Shown here piece after piece: positions 21,419 through 34,300 of a stretch of DNA of 64,000 bases. The stretch is taken from positions 3,658,001-3,722,000 of the forward strand of contig OZ210885.1 of assembly GCA_964658305.1 (NCBI GenBank), read 5' to 3'. A model generated the notes under the pieces. The model searched no databases and was not told the DNA's origin. It worked only from the letters and a program-made list of their open reading frames with translations. This DNA comes from Leptogorgia sarmentosa. Lineage: Eukaryota. The position numbers and the translations under genes were made by a program. Position 1 is the first letter of the stretch. Each line of letters starts with the position of its first letter.

Positions 21419-24400
21419 TATCCCGATTAGGGAGAAAAAATTTAGAAGCGAGGTCTCGCCTTGTAAAGTTACATTTCGCGAGATCTCGGTGACTGGGATA
21501 GTTCTGGTACCGTATGAACACAACCTAACCACGGCCGAAAACTTTCCACGGGATAACGTTTCTCCATGCGTATATCAACAGAACAACATTATATGGTAAA
21601 TCGAAATGCTTTTTCGCCGATCGGGATAACTTTTGCTCGTATGAACAGTTCCTTATATAGATATTGTTCAAGATTGTGAGTTATGAATATGACGGGAATA
21701 TTCTTGAGACAAACCAGCGTACACACTTTATGCGCGCTTGACACGCGCCTGTTATAGCGCACTTGAAAACATCTGCTCATTCAGAGGATCCCCTCGTCAC
21801 GATTCTTTCAAATTGCCACTGCCGTGGGAAAATTAATGAATCAATTGAAGCAATATGTTTTGCTTCAAAACCAAACCCTTTCTCTGTTAAAAGATTGAAT
21901 GATAACAGCTGTACGCAATGTTTTAATTACAACCTTGAGGCGCGCTTATCCTTTATCATATTGCTGACTGTCGTATAATAGCAAATTTGTTATTGCTTGA
22001 TTAATTGTCCAAAACGGTTCTCTCCCAGAACCGCGCCAGAAGCGACATCTATATATCATCCAAATAAAACAATGTCAAATCTTCAAACCTTGGATATAAC
22101 ACGGAAATAAAACTCATTTAAATATTTCTGGTTGTATACAAGTTATTGATTACATGACGCGCGCAAATTTAAAGATCAAAGCCCGATTCTTAATTAATAT
22201 ACCTTTTTTGTACTCTTACACGGTTACTAGGCCTGTCAAACGTCGAGTTTGTCATTAGCTCTTGTTTCTCTCGCTATGTTGGATTAAGCGACGAAATGAA
22301 TGCGTATATGACAATATTTCGTCAAATGTTCTAGTCAGTCTGTTAGAACGCATTCCAGCAGTATAATGTTACGTGGCAATCTCCGCTACTCAGCTAATAA
22401 ATATCACAGTTTATTAGCATAGCAACTGCTAGTACATACACAGGTGAATATTAACGTGAACTGCGAGGTAAATATTCAAGTTCACCGTTAACAGTGGGAG
22501 TAAAAGTCAGCACGTATACTGCAAACGCACATATCCTAGAAAACGTTGGGCGACAAAAGGTATCGTGTCTAACATTCCTTAGTAAAGTGTTTTAATATGT
22601 TCCTACTGTAGATATAGCGATCTGCGCGCACAAAGGTTGATGTAAAACGATGTTGACGTAGCTACAATTACTGATCGATTTAGGGAATGTTCGCGAGAGC
22701 AGCGAACTATTGAGAAACGCAAGTCGCGCTGGTCCGCCGCAATAGGGCTGCTTGCATGCCGCATCGCATTATATTTCAACATTTTTTGCGTCGACTTAAA
22801 TATAACTCAATGGGGATTTTTGACAGAAATTTGCTCGGAAAGTGAGCACGCACAGCGGTTCTGGGCGTTTATACGGCGATAGAGACATAGACACAGTTTG
22901 ACGGAAGAGACAGCACGAGCGCGTATGTATAAAACTATGCAACTCTAAACAAAATAGCGGAAAATCTCGGAAATCGGTTCCGTTGCAGAAGCCTGAGATA
23001 AAATGTAATTCTCAAGAAATGGAAACCACAAGACGAAGCTATTATAGCATTTAGTCACAATGGCGCAATAAGATGACGGGTCCTCTCACCCGGCGTTTAA
23101 CTGCGTCTGCCCATGTAGCTATGAAGATACGTACGCAGCAAGCATCGTCAACAGAGAAAATTTTCAACCTATAAAAAATAGCATGTGATGAGTCATAGTG
23201 AATTATCTTTTGGATAAGTTGTGGTTTGACACCCCCAAAGATTTAGAGGTAATTCAGTTCAAACTATTTACAGCATTTCCCTTTTCCTCAATAACGTCAT
23301 CAATTGACACTTTCGGTAGATCGTTAATTCACTTTTGCTTCATGCACTTTGTGCATGTTACGTTTGGCGATACTGCCAAACACAGATGTCCGCACAGCAT
23401 GTATAATGCAATAGGAAATTAAGCATCATTTGCTACTGCAAAACTAAAGATTGTATGAGCAGAAAAGTTAATGAAGTTTGATGTAGCGTAAGAATTGAAT
23501 TAGGAAACGTCTATACGGGAATTCCTTAATTTAATCCATTGGCAAAACATTTTAAAATTAACGCAATGTTTACGCGGGTGATAAAGAAAATTAGCGCAAA
23601 TTTGTTTTTGTTTTGGATGATGAAAGATATCAATATTTCGGGCACCAAACTGAATTTTCTGTAAAACTTCACAATGAAAACTATTTGACGCACGAAGGAA
23701 ATTCGAGAGGATTAAGAGTTCGCGACAATTATGGTATTTATTTTGCCTTCCATCGCATTACGAATTTCTCTCGATTTTTCCAGCTGTTTCTTTCCGAATT
23801 ATGGCGTGACATGGCTAATGGTCATTATGGTCATTCGTCTTTAAGCGGATTGGAGTATTCTTCAAGCTTTATGTCTAAATTGACAGTTTTCGGTATTATA
23901 TAATACCTTATATAATACCTTAGCCTGAGGAATCCCATATTGTATCCCTTCAAGGGTGTTTGCGTAGCATAACTGAGATTATAGGAAGAGCGCGTTCAGT
24001 TTATATCGATAATCAAGATAGAGTAAAGGTATACACAATACCTTGTTGCCTTGTGTCTAATCAGGAAAATAGCGCGGGTAGGTGGATCTTTTGAAGAGAT
24101 TGAGATACTGCATGTTCCCAAGTCAACGTGGATTAAAGAATGGGCATCCTTGGATATTGATACATGCACTACATGGTTGGTAATATACTTCTGTCTTAAA
24201 GGGCGCAGAGGTTGGAAAATACCATGACATCATAACATGATCACTAGTTTCAGATTAAGCCCTTATCATTTGAAATGGATCACCACGTTTCGAAAAACCA
24301 CACACAACTTTTTGAAATGAAATTAAGAAAGTGGTAGCCGCGCAAAATATATATATTTTGTCTTATAAGGCGACATTGTAACTCAATCAAAATTTCTCAC

Positions 24401-24697
24401 ACACACCATGCAGTGCTCGAAGCAAACAATACGTTGCTACGCTTTATTTGTCTCTTTAAAGTACTGCTGTGTCGTTTAGACAATATTGAAGTAGCAACAA
24501 TGCGCGAATTTACATTCCAAATTAACAGCTTTACTGCTATAGCTATTTTTCTCACTGCAGCCGTCAATGCCTATAACTGAGACAAAATGGAGTTTGGGAA
24601 GTACGTTCATTAACGCTTCGACAAAATATGTAGTGATTAATTTAACTCCTAGTATAGTGTTAATAGTTTTAGGAGTATTTCATCAAAGCATATTTCA

Positions 24698-24990
24698 TTA
24701 AAACAAAACGCTTCGGTAACATTCGAAAAGCTTCTTCATCACGCGCAAAACAAAGTGTCGTTCGTCTCTAAGGACCTGCTCAGGTGTACGGCGCACCGCG
24801 TTTCGAAATAAAGTCGGGCTGCTGTCCAACATCCGAATATTTCCTCGTGTTTTCCACACTGTCCTTTGTGTGGGAGGGTTCCGGTCAGGAAACCTTGGTG
24901 GAAAAGCGTTCTGCATGCATTGCGGCTATACTTTGCGCTTGGGTTTAATTACAGCGTTAAAAATTCTTGAAGCATTTCTGCTCAAGCACG
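24698..24990 (-). mobile_element. Remnant of a Tc1/mariner-family transposase N-terminus (DUF4817-type HTH)
   Basis: QNAFPPRFPDRNPPTQRTVWK matches the QxxFxxRFPxRxPPTxxTI pattern recalled for this domain; the frame decays afterwards. Confidence 0.5.
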
Positions 24991-27768
24991 GTCTAGCTAA
25001 TCAGTAACTTGACAGTTTTTGTGTACTTACACTCGCGTTTTATACTGAATATATTATACTAGAGTCTTGACTTTTCTTCTTCAAATGACGCTGTATCATT
25101 GTATATGCCTATATGGCTCATCATGAGTTTGCATTTAATTAATCAGCAATTAACAGCAGATACAGGAACATGTCATGCTTATACAGCTTGCTTCAGACGA
25201 GCAAAATTGTGACCATAATATGCACACATCCCTTTTAGGAAAATTATTTCTACCTAGCGTACTTTATCGTACCTACCGTAGCATCTACTTTGCTCTCGTA
25301 CGAAACGTTTGAATTAAGATCTAATACGCCTATTTATAAATACAAGTATTAACTTAACCCCACAAAAGTGATGATCTTGAAATATACCTGGAGCGAAAGT
25401 GGAGAAATCTTAGCTTGCTTTGCCTAATGATATTGTTAATTGAAGAAACCGTAGTAACGTACTGACATGTTGTGATTTGCGATAAGGTTTCGCAGTTTGG
25501 CTGTGGTGCTAAACGCTATTTCGTTGTAACTTTTCAGACACTACAAAATCACAATGTATAAAGCTTCCCAACTAATTAACGTGAAATAGTGAAGATTATA
25601 AAGTTCTGATTTACATAAACAGCGTATTCGTAATACTGTAATTCGCGATCGCTCCAGTACTGATTGGCCAAGAATATGCGGCGTACAAATTTATAGGCAA
25701 GAATAAAGTCTGTAAACTCGAAAGCGGGGCTGAATCGCTAAAGCCGTGTTAACATTTGCGATTTATTTTATATTTTGACAAAAACGTAAATAAAAATGGC
25801 AGATAATTGTCAAATTTTGTAAATTTCATAAAGGTACTGTGCCGTTGCTAACAGCAACTTCTTGTTCTATTACAAGGCTTAGCGATTCAGCCTCGATTTC
25901 GAATGCACAACAAAATGGTATATAACCCGGTCATAGTCGTAGTCAAATCTAAAGTCGGTCCGATCACCTCACAAAAACGTCTGTAACAATATAGCCCTGA
26001 TGAATCATAGCTTTCAAACATAACCCTGACTTACCAGACGATTTAAGTCAACAAATGGGACCCCCAGTGGATAAATCGTGAGTTTAACAACGCTCGCCCA
26101 TTCACACAGTCCTTTTTGCGCATTCATAAATTTACGGCCGCTCTATGAAAATTAACAAACGGAAAGGACCTAATTGGTTTCAGAAAATTAAAAGTAAGCG
26201 TGTCGTGTTGACGACTATCTTTAACTCTCAGTTTGAAAAGTCTGGGAAGTAGAATCTTCCAAATGTCACTTCCCGCTGTTTTTGTAAATTGTGGCATTGA
26301 CCCACGAATTTGCTTTCACGTGACAGACACACGAAACGCATTTAGCTAAAGATGAGAAATGCTGAATTGCTGTCCTTTTGGTAAAAAATTATCAAAATAT
26401 AACGATGATCAGGGTCTTTTTATCTGAAATGAAACTACTGTAGAAAAATTACGTTAATAGGAGGAACCAACCTGATAACAAACTTCAATATGGGACCAGC
26501 GTACGTTCTACTCACTAAACCATACAATGTTAAAGTGTCGAAGGCCTTTCGAATTCATTTTCAGGATTTCAGGAACACAAATTTAGATGCAATTATCGAC
26601 TTTTCAAACTTTCCCCGAGGCCAAATATCACCAATAAACGTTTTCATAAAACTATTCAGTTTTACATCAACTAATTACATCAAGGATTAAAGACATTTGG
26701 CGGAATTAACTTCAAATCTGTTCGTATCGTTCGGACAGTAAGTAGAACTTTTGCTGCACGCTAACGCTGTTATCCGCTAAACCACTAAAATATTATACAG
26801 TAGAAATAGGTAAGTAAATAAATTCTTTTATTCATTCAAAAATACCAAAAATGGTAATTCGATCGAATTACAAATATATGCATGTAGAGAAAAAAACAAC
26901 AAACAATATATTAGCGGTAAACTTAACTTAGCTACATACTATAGTTAGGCGCACTTTTACAATTGGTGAAATGTATTCAGAATTTCATACCAGAATTTAG
27001 CAACTAATGTATGTATAGATTCGGCAGTATACACGCAGTATTTCTGTACAGTGAAAAGAAACGACACAAACTCTGTAATATACAAAAAGAGGGCTTTGAA
27101 CTCCATTGTTGCATAAATATTGCCATTGCGATTTAAAACATGTAAATGCAGTGAAGTTATGGTGTTGGAAATAAAATGTATCAAGCCGTATTACGAAGTG
27201 ATATGAGCAACAATAGCGCTTTGTTTGCATCTCTTTAATCAGTCCCAATTCAGACCCCAAACTCTTCATGTGCCGAACCTAATTTTAAAGTCCTAAGTTT
27301 ATTGTTTCAGCTGATTTGCATTTGGTTGGGCACATGAAAAGTTCCACGTTTGAGCTAGGCCTAATTTAACCAAAAACGCATCGATTTGTCCTTGACCTAT
27401 ACTATTAGCTCCACAGGTTTGTTAATTAACACGTTTCACTTTTTTTACGTCTATTGTACTAGCAGCTATAGGATGAGACACATACGTGGACAATTAAAGG
27501 CCAGGTCAAACGAGGATGATCAGAGTTGGCGTGGCAGTCACGCAATTTTGGTTAACCGCGTGTAGTACTGCGAAGCTTTTCCGTACCAAGGCCTGTTCAC
27601 ACGAGCGATTTGGCTGCGATCTCTAGCGCGATTTCTTCTTTTGATGGATGTGAAAGAGTAAACCAGTCACGAATGTTCAGGTGAGGAAGCACGCAATCAG
27701 TACATTCGTTATTAACCTACTCGTTCACATCTATCAAAAGGAGAAAACCGCAGCAAAAACGGGCCTTA

Positions 27769-27920
27769 AAGCCGGTTTTCCACTAGCGATTTTTGTCGCG
27801 CGAAGCGAATATTTTCCATTGTCCTTGAGCTTTCGACTGGAACCATCTGGAACTAATTGCATCAAGACAAAAGAAAAAAATCGATTCGCGCGACGAAAGG
27901 CGCTAGTGGAAAACCGGCTT
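27769..27920. mobile_element. Harbinger-type MITE
   Basis: aagccggttttccactagcg ... cgctagtggaaaaccggctt TIRs in a TTA/TAA context. Confidence 0.82.
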
Positions 27921-28580
27921 TAGTCTAGTGGCGAAACCACTCGACAATTTGGTCATGCCATGCAAATTTGAGATCATTATCAATATTCATTTCTTTAGAA
28001 AATAGAAATGAATTGTTTTCTCGTTCTATGAACACAGAAATATTTGCATTGCATGGCCAAATTGTTCGGCTGGCTTCGCGTCGCCACTGACTCAGCAGGG
28101 CAGTACATACAGAGAAATTTGAAACTGTGACATTCGTGGATCACGCACACCTTTACAAAAAAATCACATAGAAAATCATATGATCACAAAACGTCGAAAC
28201 ATCGCACGAAAATGTTTTAAGAAAAAATAAAAGGAGACCATGAAAACAACGAACAATAACAAAAAAAAACAAAAATCAACACATCCACTTCGAGGCTCAA
28301 TGAAATTAATGAACTATGACGTACATGGCTGTTATAGCCTGTCTAATCATAATGAGATTGCAGTCTAAAGCGATTACTCGTTCGTAAATGCCCACCTCAA
28401 TTCATACTTGAGGCACCAACACAAAAGGCTAGACAGGAATCCACGCTGGTTCGCTCTTTTGCATCAGTGGAAAAATAACAATAGTTTAATATTGATTTAT
28501 TATTCCCGCAGTTATCAAATATCAAGTCATGAAAGGTTCAAAGAAGGGTTGCAAAACGCAAGTATATTACGCATGTATAA

Positions 28581-28798
28581 AGGCCGTTTTCTATCGCAGT
28601 CGCTTTGCCCGCGCGGGCGGAGGGGACATGTTTCAAACTTGTGCTATAGGTGTCTAATGTGAACATTCTCTATCTTGCTTTTCCGCGCGCGGATACGCTT
28701 AGAAGCTGAACGACATTCAACTTTCTTGGCATGCCTGCGCGACTGATTTTACCCGAAATTAAAATCGTTCGGGAGGAAATCGTAATGGAAAACGGCCT
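28581..28798. mobile_element. Harbinger-type MITE (decayed)
   Basis: aggccgttttctat ... atggaaaacggcct TIRs. Confidence 0.65.
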
Positions 28799-31314
28799 AT
28801 GAATATCCAAACATTTAACGTTCGCAGGTGCTGCCGTGCAAAATGTTCTAGCGATGAGTTACACAGTTAGTTGTTAATATTTCAAGCAGTAAAATTTCAA
28901 TTATACTTGTATAATTTATACATCCAAGGCAGCCAGCATTACGAGACGGCGAGCGTATTCGAAAACATATTCGGGATGACATGCAATGATATCAAAACAC
29001 ATTCCAATGCCCCGGGTCAAACAGGAATGAGAGTTGGCAGTCACGAAACCGAAGGGGACATTTTAAGGTTCACACTGAAGAAATGAAAGATTCGCGAGTG
29101 TATGGAGGGTAATCACCGCCAAAATTAATAATTGAATTTTATATTCCAATGTGTTCATTTTGCTATTCAGTCCATGCGTTATGATGTTATAATTTTGAAT
29201 TTTGATGTTACAGAATTGATTTCTGTGGTACGCAAATTGGATTTTCAATTCTGTTTGTGCATTTGTCCTGCGGCATTGCATTGTGATGTGTGCCCGTTTT
29301 ATTGAAATACATGAATGTGTTGGAAAACTATTACGTACTATACGTCGTATAGCCAAGTGACTGATCGAGATCACGTGACTGCATGCCAACTCTCTTCTTC
29401 GTCTCACCCGAACTTAAATTAAACTCGCCAAGGAACTCGTCCCTGCCTAATCTAAACCCGTTTTCCACAAGGAAATATGTTTTTACATTCATTCGCCGCT
29501 GAAGAAATTTGTTCCGCCTCTCTAGTTGTTGAAAATATTCAACTTTTGTCAGACTTTTCAATGACGGCGCAAAAGAACAACGAATTAAATTTTTCGATGG
29601 TTAAATTTTTCGCCAGACCGCGAAATACGAGAGTGGAAATCGGGAAGAAAATGGGAAATTCGCCAAAATAGGACTTCTTCTTCCCGTAACTGATTTACTC
29701 GTTCACGCCTATTAGCAGGAAAAAATGCGTTAAAATCGAAGCAAGTTTTCTTCCATTGGTAAACATAAGTCAGTGAGGCCAAACTAATGCTTCTCTCCCA
29801 AGGTCGACGTATCACGTTGTGTTCCCAGCATACAAAAATGATTTATTTCTTGGTCGGATGCAGGGGTTTTCCTCCCAAGATCAAATTTCATTCGAACACA
29901 CGTTGTCTGTAGTTATGTAACATGTTTTTGTTACCATAACAAATTCTTTAAATATCCTGGCTCTGATAAAACGAAGATAAAAATGTTTATGTTGGCTAGT
30001 CTAGAAACGAAACCTCGATTTTGTGTTAAAAGCTCCCACAGACGATGATAAAACTCGGCTATTCAGTTCCCGAAATCCCATGTTAACCTGAATCTGTAGA
30101 AGCTATGTGGCTGCAAAATGCAGGAAGCCTCAAACCGATGCTATTAATAGTAATTCAAATGTAAAAATAATATGGTGCTTGAATTAAGAGGTCAACTACA
30201 GAACAATGTGATTATTGCAATTATCTTATCTTGTCTTAAGCTTGTATCGTGCCCAAAGTAATAGCCTGCAGCCCTGCAATACTTCAAAATGGCAAATTCA
30301 CAAGCTTCAGTCAGTGTGATTTGCAATTAATCTCTTAGGAATTGTAAGGTAATAAAACGGCGGCCATGTTGGTGGCAAATCTTTTGTTGACAGACCACCG
30401 TGGTCAACTGTTATCATTACGTATGCTGTAATCGATCTGTTAATGTAGGCCGACTAGTCGGTCACTTGTTTTGCTTCTCCGGGTAGTCTAGAAAATAGAC
30501 CCCCGAGTGGAAAGATAAAAAATACTGACATCTGGGTCTAGCAATAAAAGGTATAATGTCGAACATTGTGTTTTTTTCGTTTTCATGTTCTTGTTTCCTT
30601 TGCAGTTCTCATTACCAGACCCTCAGATTTCACGCTACACCAAGGGTCAGAAGTAGCCAAACTTTATTGAATATGACGCTGCTTTGCCCGAAAATAACTA
30701 ATTCACAACAATAATACCCTTATATAGCTACCTTATTAATGGTTATTATTATTCAAGTCTAGTGAGGCGCAGGGTAGAACAAAACTACCTGATCTAAGTA
30801 TTATCCCAACTGGAGTAAATAGGGGATAGGTGTCTCTTCTTACGAAATCTTCGCTCTTTATTTGTATGTAACATGTTAAGACGACCATTTTCTGTATGTC
30901 ACTTATCTCGCGCTCAAAACTCTAATTCGTCCAACTACAAGTTTCGAATTTTGAGGTTTCTCATTCGGCAGACTAACTTAAAAGGCTTGGTCGTTTCATA
31001 ATTTATGACATATACAGGAAAAGATTTTGGAGTGTACGCCAAAGAGAAAATTACGTTTGAATTGCCTTTATCGTTGAAATCGAGGCTTTAATTATATTGT
31101 GCTGGTTACACGAACATTACCGCTCCTAATTTGTACATTAGTTTCTCAATCCCTAAACACACTTTAAAGATAGCGAACTGTTTTCTCGATATAATAATCA
31201 TAGAACAATTTGATTTTGGGAGGAACGCCAAAAAGATTTTATGTTTTGAACACATTTCGTCGAAAATTCATCATATTGAATAAATCTTTCTTTCTTTCAG
31301 AAATAAAAGGAAAC

Positions 31315-34300
31315 ATGGGATCTCTAAGTGTTGTGGACTACGTGATATTTGCATTGATGTTAGCTGTATGTGGAGCAATAGGCATATATCATGCCATTCG
31401 CAGCAAACGGGAAGAAACGATGGACAATTTCTTAATGGCTAACCACAGTATGGGCAAATTTCCCATTGCTATGTCTTTACTCGTGTCCTTCGTGTCAGCC
31501 ATCGCCATCCTTGGAATCCCAAGTGAAGTGTATACCTATGGTCTGTCTTATGTCCTTGTGGCTGTCGCCATGCCGATAGTTATGTTGATATCAGCGTTCC
31601 TTTATGTTCCTGTCTTTTATAGGCTGAAAATTACAAGCACAAATGAGGTAAAAAAATCAAATTTAATACATGAGTCCGCGAAATTTGAAGAACTTTGGAC
31701 CTCGTTAACGTATTCCTTCATCCGGGCGTAAATATAGCCGTGTAGAATTAGAACCCCCCCCCCACCTCACCCTGAATTATCCCAGGTAATCCCTGAACGG
31801 CACGAGGAGGGAAAATAATTAGGGCATCGTTTTGAAGCTGCAATTTGTCTATATAATAATAGGATTTCAACACCATTGGTACTTGTTAGCGCGTACATCA
31901 CCAATTGTCTTGATTACAAGTTAGACACTCATTGATATTTTCTCAATTTAATCATTTTTCTGTCTATAATATATTTAGTACCTGGAAAAACGATTTACTC
32001 CTGGACTACGTCTTGTTGGTTCTCTTTTATTTTTTCTGACATACGTAAGTTATGACTGATTAGCCTTTACTCATGCCATGCGACCAGGCCTTAAAATCCG
32101 CCATATTTTGGTGGCAAAATGATTGAATTAAACAAAATTGTTCCAACTACTGAATGACATTGAACGAATTAATGCATATTTTCGGTCAGTGTTGAAACTA
32201 TGAACGAATTAAGTGTCAAAAAATTGTTTGAAAGAAAAAAAATTTCGCCTCACATTTTTTGGTAAAGAATTAATAATCGGGCAATGCTTTTCGCCATTCC
32301 AAAATAGCGGATTTCAAAGCTAGTTGTATTGCGTGAAACGGTTTCTTACTCAAAAACGGTTATTACTCAAATTTCAGTTCTCAATCAATTTCCAGAGATT
32401 AAACTGACTAGGAACCTGAACTCCTACTGAACAAACAAGATAATTTTGCAATTTGTCTACCAGAAAGGGAATATTAGGAAATATCGAAGACTACTAATGG
32501 CGTATTGATCAATCGAGGTGGTCTTCCACCCAAAATTTCCAATATTCATCATTTTTAGAAATTCCACCCTTTTTCTTCAAAAACTATAATTGTTAAAACT
32601 CGGTACTTATATCTGTGGTAAAACTGATAATATTCCACCATTACTACTGTAGATATACTTGGTTAAAGTAAAACTCTTTGTACATTTCAGACAATGTACC
32701 TATCCATTGCACTGTTCGCACCGGCCCTCGCTTTGCAAACAGGTAGGCAACATATAACTTTCTTACAAGCTGTGAGTTATAAATTTACGATAATTATATT
32801 TATAGGAATTGCTAGGATACTTTTCCAATTCTAGTGAGATGTGATTTCTTAACTGGTCTTAGTAGTGATTTGAAATCATGCACATATCAGATTGTAGCCG
32901 GGAAAAGTTGAGAAAATTCATCAAGTGAAGCCGCCACAAGATCATTGAAATGTGAACAAAGTGCAGAATTATTCACATTTTTTATTGTATATTTTCAGTG
33001 TCGGGATTATCAATGATCATTTCAATTGTTCTCAATGGTGCTGTTTGCGTGTTTTATACAAGCTTGGTAAGTTAATATATTAATCAAATCGTCATACAGT
33101 GGGGGAAATGTTATTTTTGCCATATGTAAGAAGATGAGGAGATCAATAGAAGTCACAGGTGATACCAATCCGTACAATCCGGTATCCGCCGATTCGTAAA
33201 CGGCTTCACATGAGAATTACGGATTTCGTTTTTGACCAATCAGCGGATTTGTTTACCTTTTGGCGCTAGGCCAATCAGAACGCAAAGATTTTTATTAGTC
33301 CAATCAAGTCATGTTTTTTTTTGCAAAATTTACGGTAATAAAAAAAATGACTTGGGGGGAGGGGGGCTGGTTTTAAAATATTGCAGACATGTTTTACCAA
33401 AATCTTATTTAAATCCAAAATTTTCTAAAGATTTGCCACTGGGATTTACGTTGCATCGCTTAGTTATGAAATCACTCATTCTGGGGAATATAGACGCTTT
33501 AACCTGCATAATTTTCCAATGACAACTTTTTTGCAAACAACAAACAATTGAGATTGGTCGTCAAGCTTTCTAGAATCGAACATATATTTGCAACAGCCAA
33601 AAACATTTTAAATATTTTCTTTAAATATGCATTAATATTTAATTATATAGCTATATATTATTTATATAAAATCAATATCAATGGCAGCATAACGCCTATA
33701 GTTTAATAGTTTGTTTTCAATCTAATAGGGAGGAATTAAGGCAGTAATTTGGACTGATGTGTTCCAAGGTTTTGTTATCATCGCAGGCATGCTGGTTATT
33801 TTTATTACCGGAGTTGTCGAAGTTGATGGCTTCAGTAATGTCTGGAGGATAAACAAAGAAATGGGACGAACAGAGATATTCAAGTAAGACACCATATCTT
33901 CCATGAAATGATCATATTTTTTTCAAACGAAGTCCCGATAATTTGGCTAAGTCTTACAAAATACGGTCGCTAGAATTCGGAACTTTTGGTCACTGTTGAT
34001 TCCACGTGACACGGTTTTCCATATGCATGTAAATACAGTTGAATTTATTACCACATTTTCCCACATTGGATTGCGATTCATTGTTTGGACACTGGCGTAT
34101 CGCAACCAATTCAAAGGTCTATTGATCTTGATCTTTTTATAAATCTTCTACTAGCAACTAATTACAGTCGATGCACCCGGCCCGCCATCTTGAGTCTTTT
34201 TTCACTTTACAACAATATCACCACGTCAAAATTTTTAATATACTTCATCATTAATGTCGCAATATCATATTTTGTATATAAAGACAATCATGCAATGGCG

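Noticed and set aside
31210..31314. N-terminal extension of the SLC5 ORF from the ORF track
   Set aside because: It starts at a TTG within an intron; the acceptor at 31300 and ATG at 31315 fit the family N-terminus.
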